A stretch of 32,000 nt of DNA from Megasphaera elsdenii DSM 20460 (GTDB taxonomy: Bacteria > Bacillota > Negativicutes > Veillonellales > Megasphaeraceae). This document shows positions 31,905 through 32,000 of this stretch, piece by piece. Numbering within the stretch: the first letter of the stretch is position 1; every line of letters begins with the position of its first letter. The notes under the pieces were generated by a model. That model was not told where the DNA came from. It saw nothing but the letters and a program-made list of their open reading frames with translations, and ran no database searches. Position numbers and translations under genes: made by a program. The stretch lies in the NCBI RefSeq assembly GCF_003010495.1, contig NZ_CP027570.1, positions 1,890,001-1,922,000 on the forward strand, given 5' to 3'.

Positions 31905-31948
31905 GACTAAGAAAAGCGACTAAGAAAGCGACCAAGATAGAGACCAAG
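31905..31948 (+). repeat. four direct GAC(T/C)AAG repeats at 12-13 bp spacing
   Basis: GACTAAG occurs at 31905 and 31918, and GACCAAG at 31930 and 31942. They are preceded by the inverted repeat CTTAGT...ACTAAG (31891-31911). Confidence 0.6.
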
Positions 31949-32000
31949 TTAGCGATATAAACCATTTTTTCGTGGGTGCTCCGTAATGAAAATGTGAAAG

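Overview
About 32 kb of a fairly GC-rich Firmicutes-type chromosome. It has GGAGG-type ribosome binding sites and the gene order hisS-aspS, rpsO-pnp-dut, nudix-deoB-pdp and rlmD. A Negativicutes host such as Megasphaera is only my guess. All product calls rest on motifs I recognise by eye; no database search was possible.

Housekeeping blocks are interrupted by accessory DNA:
- (1) An arsR-arsD-arsA-acr3 arsenic operon (2.8-6.6 kb) and a convergent pyridine-nucleotide-disulfide oxidoreductase lie between aspS and rpsO.
- (2) An AT-rich island of about 8 kb (about 16.35-24.4 kb) sits directly downstream of rlmD/rumA. It carries a four-gene operon of small exported proteins I cannot place in any family, a co-directional triplet of serine-recombinase genes (519 aa, 104 aa non-catalytic, 520 aa), mobile-element debris, and an ArsR-like regulator plus an orphan radical-SAM enzyme.
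- (3) A scar at 26.76-27.08 kb holds an IS200/IS605-type TnpB 3' remnant abutting a tyrosine-integrase fragment.
- (4) A GNAT plus small DMT transporter pair sits behind a long structured leader.
- (5) A disrupted thioredoxin-like/TPR gene.

The signal I think deserves the most attention is non-coding. It is a family of GTAG plus GC-rich hairpin repeats (REP-like), present in at least 8 copies in the window. Almost every copy is flanked by tandem 7-bp repeats, including one uninterrupted 42-unit heptamer array at 2033-2326. These repeat clusters bracket the accessory modules.

No rRNA, tRNA, CRISPR array, reverse transcriptase or recognisable defence or toxin gene was seen.
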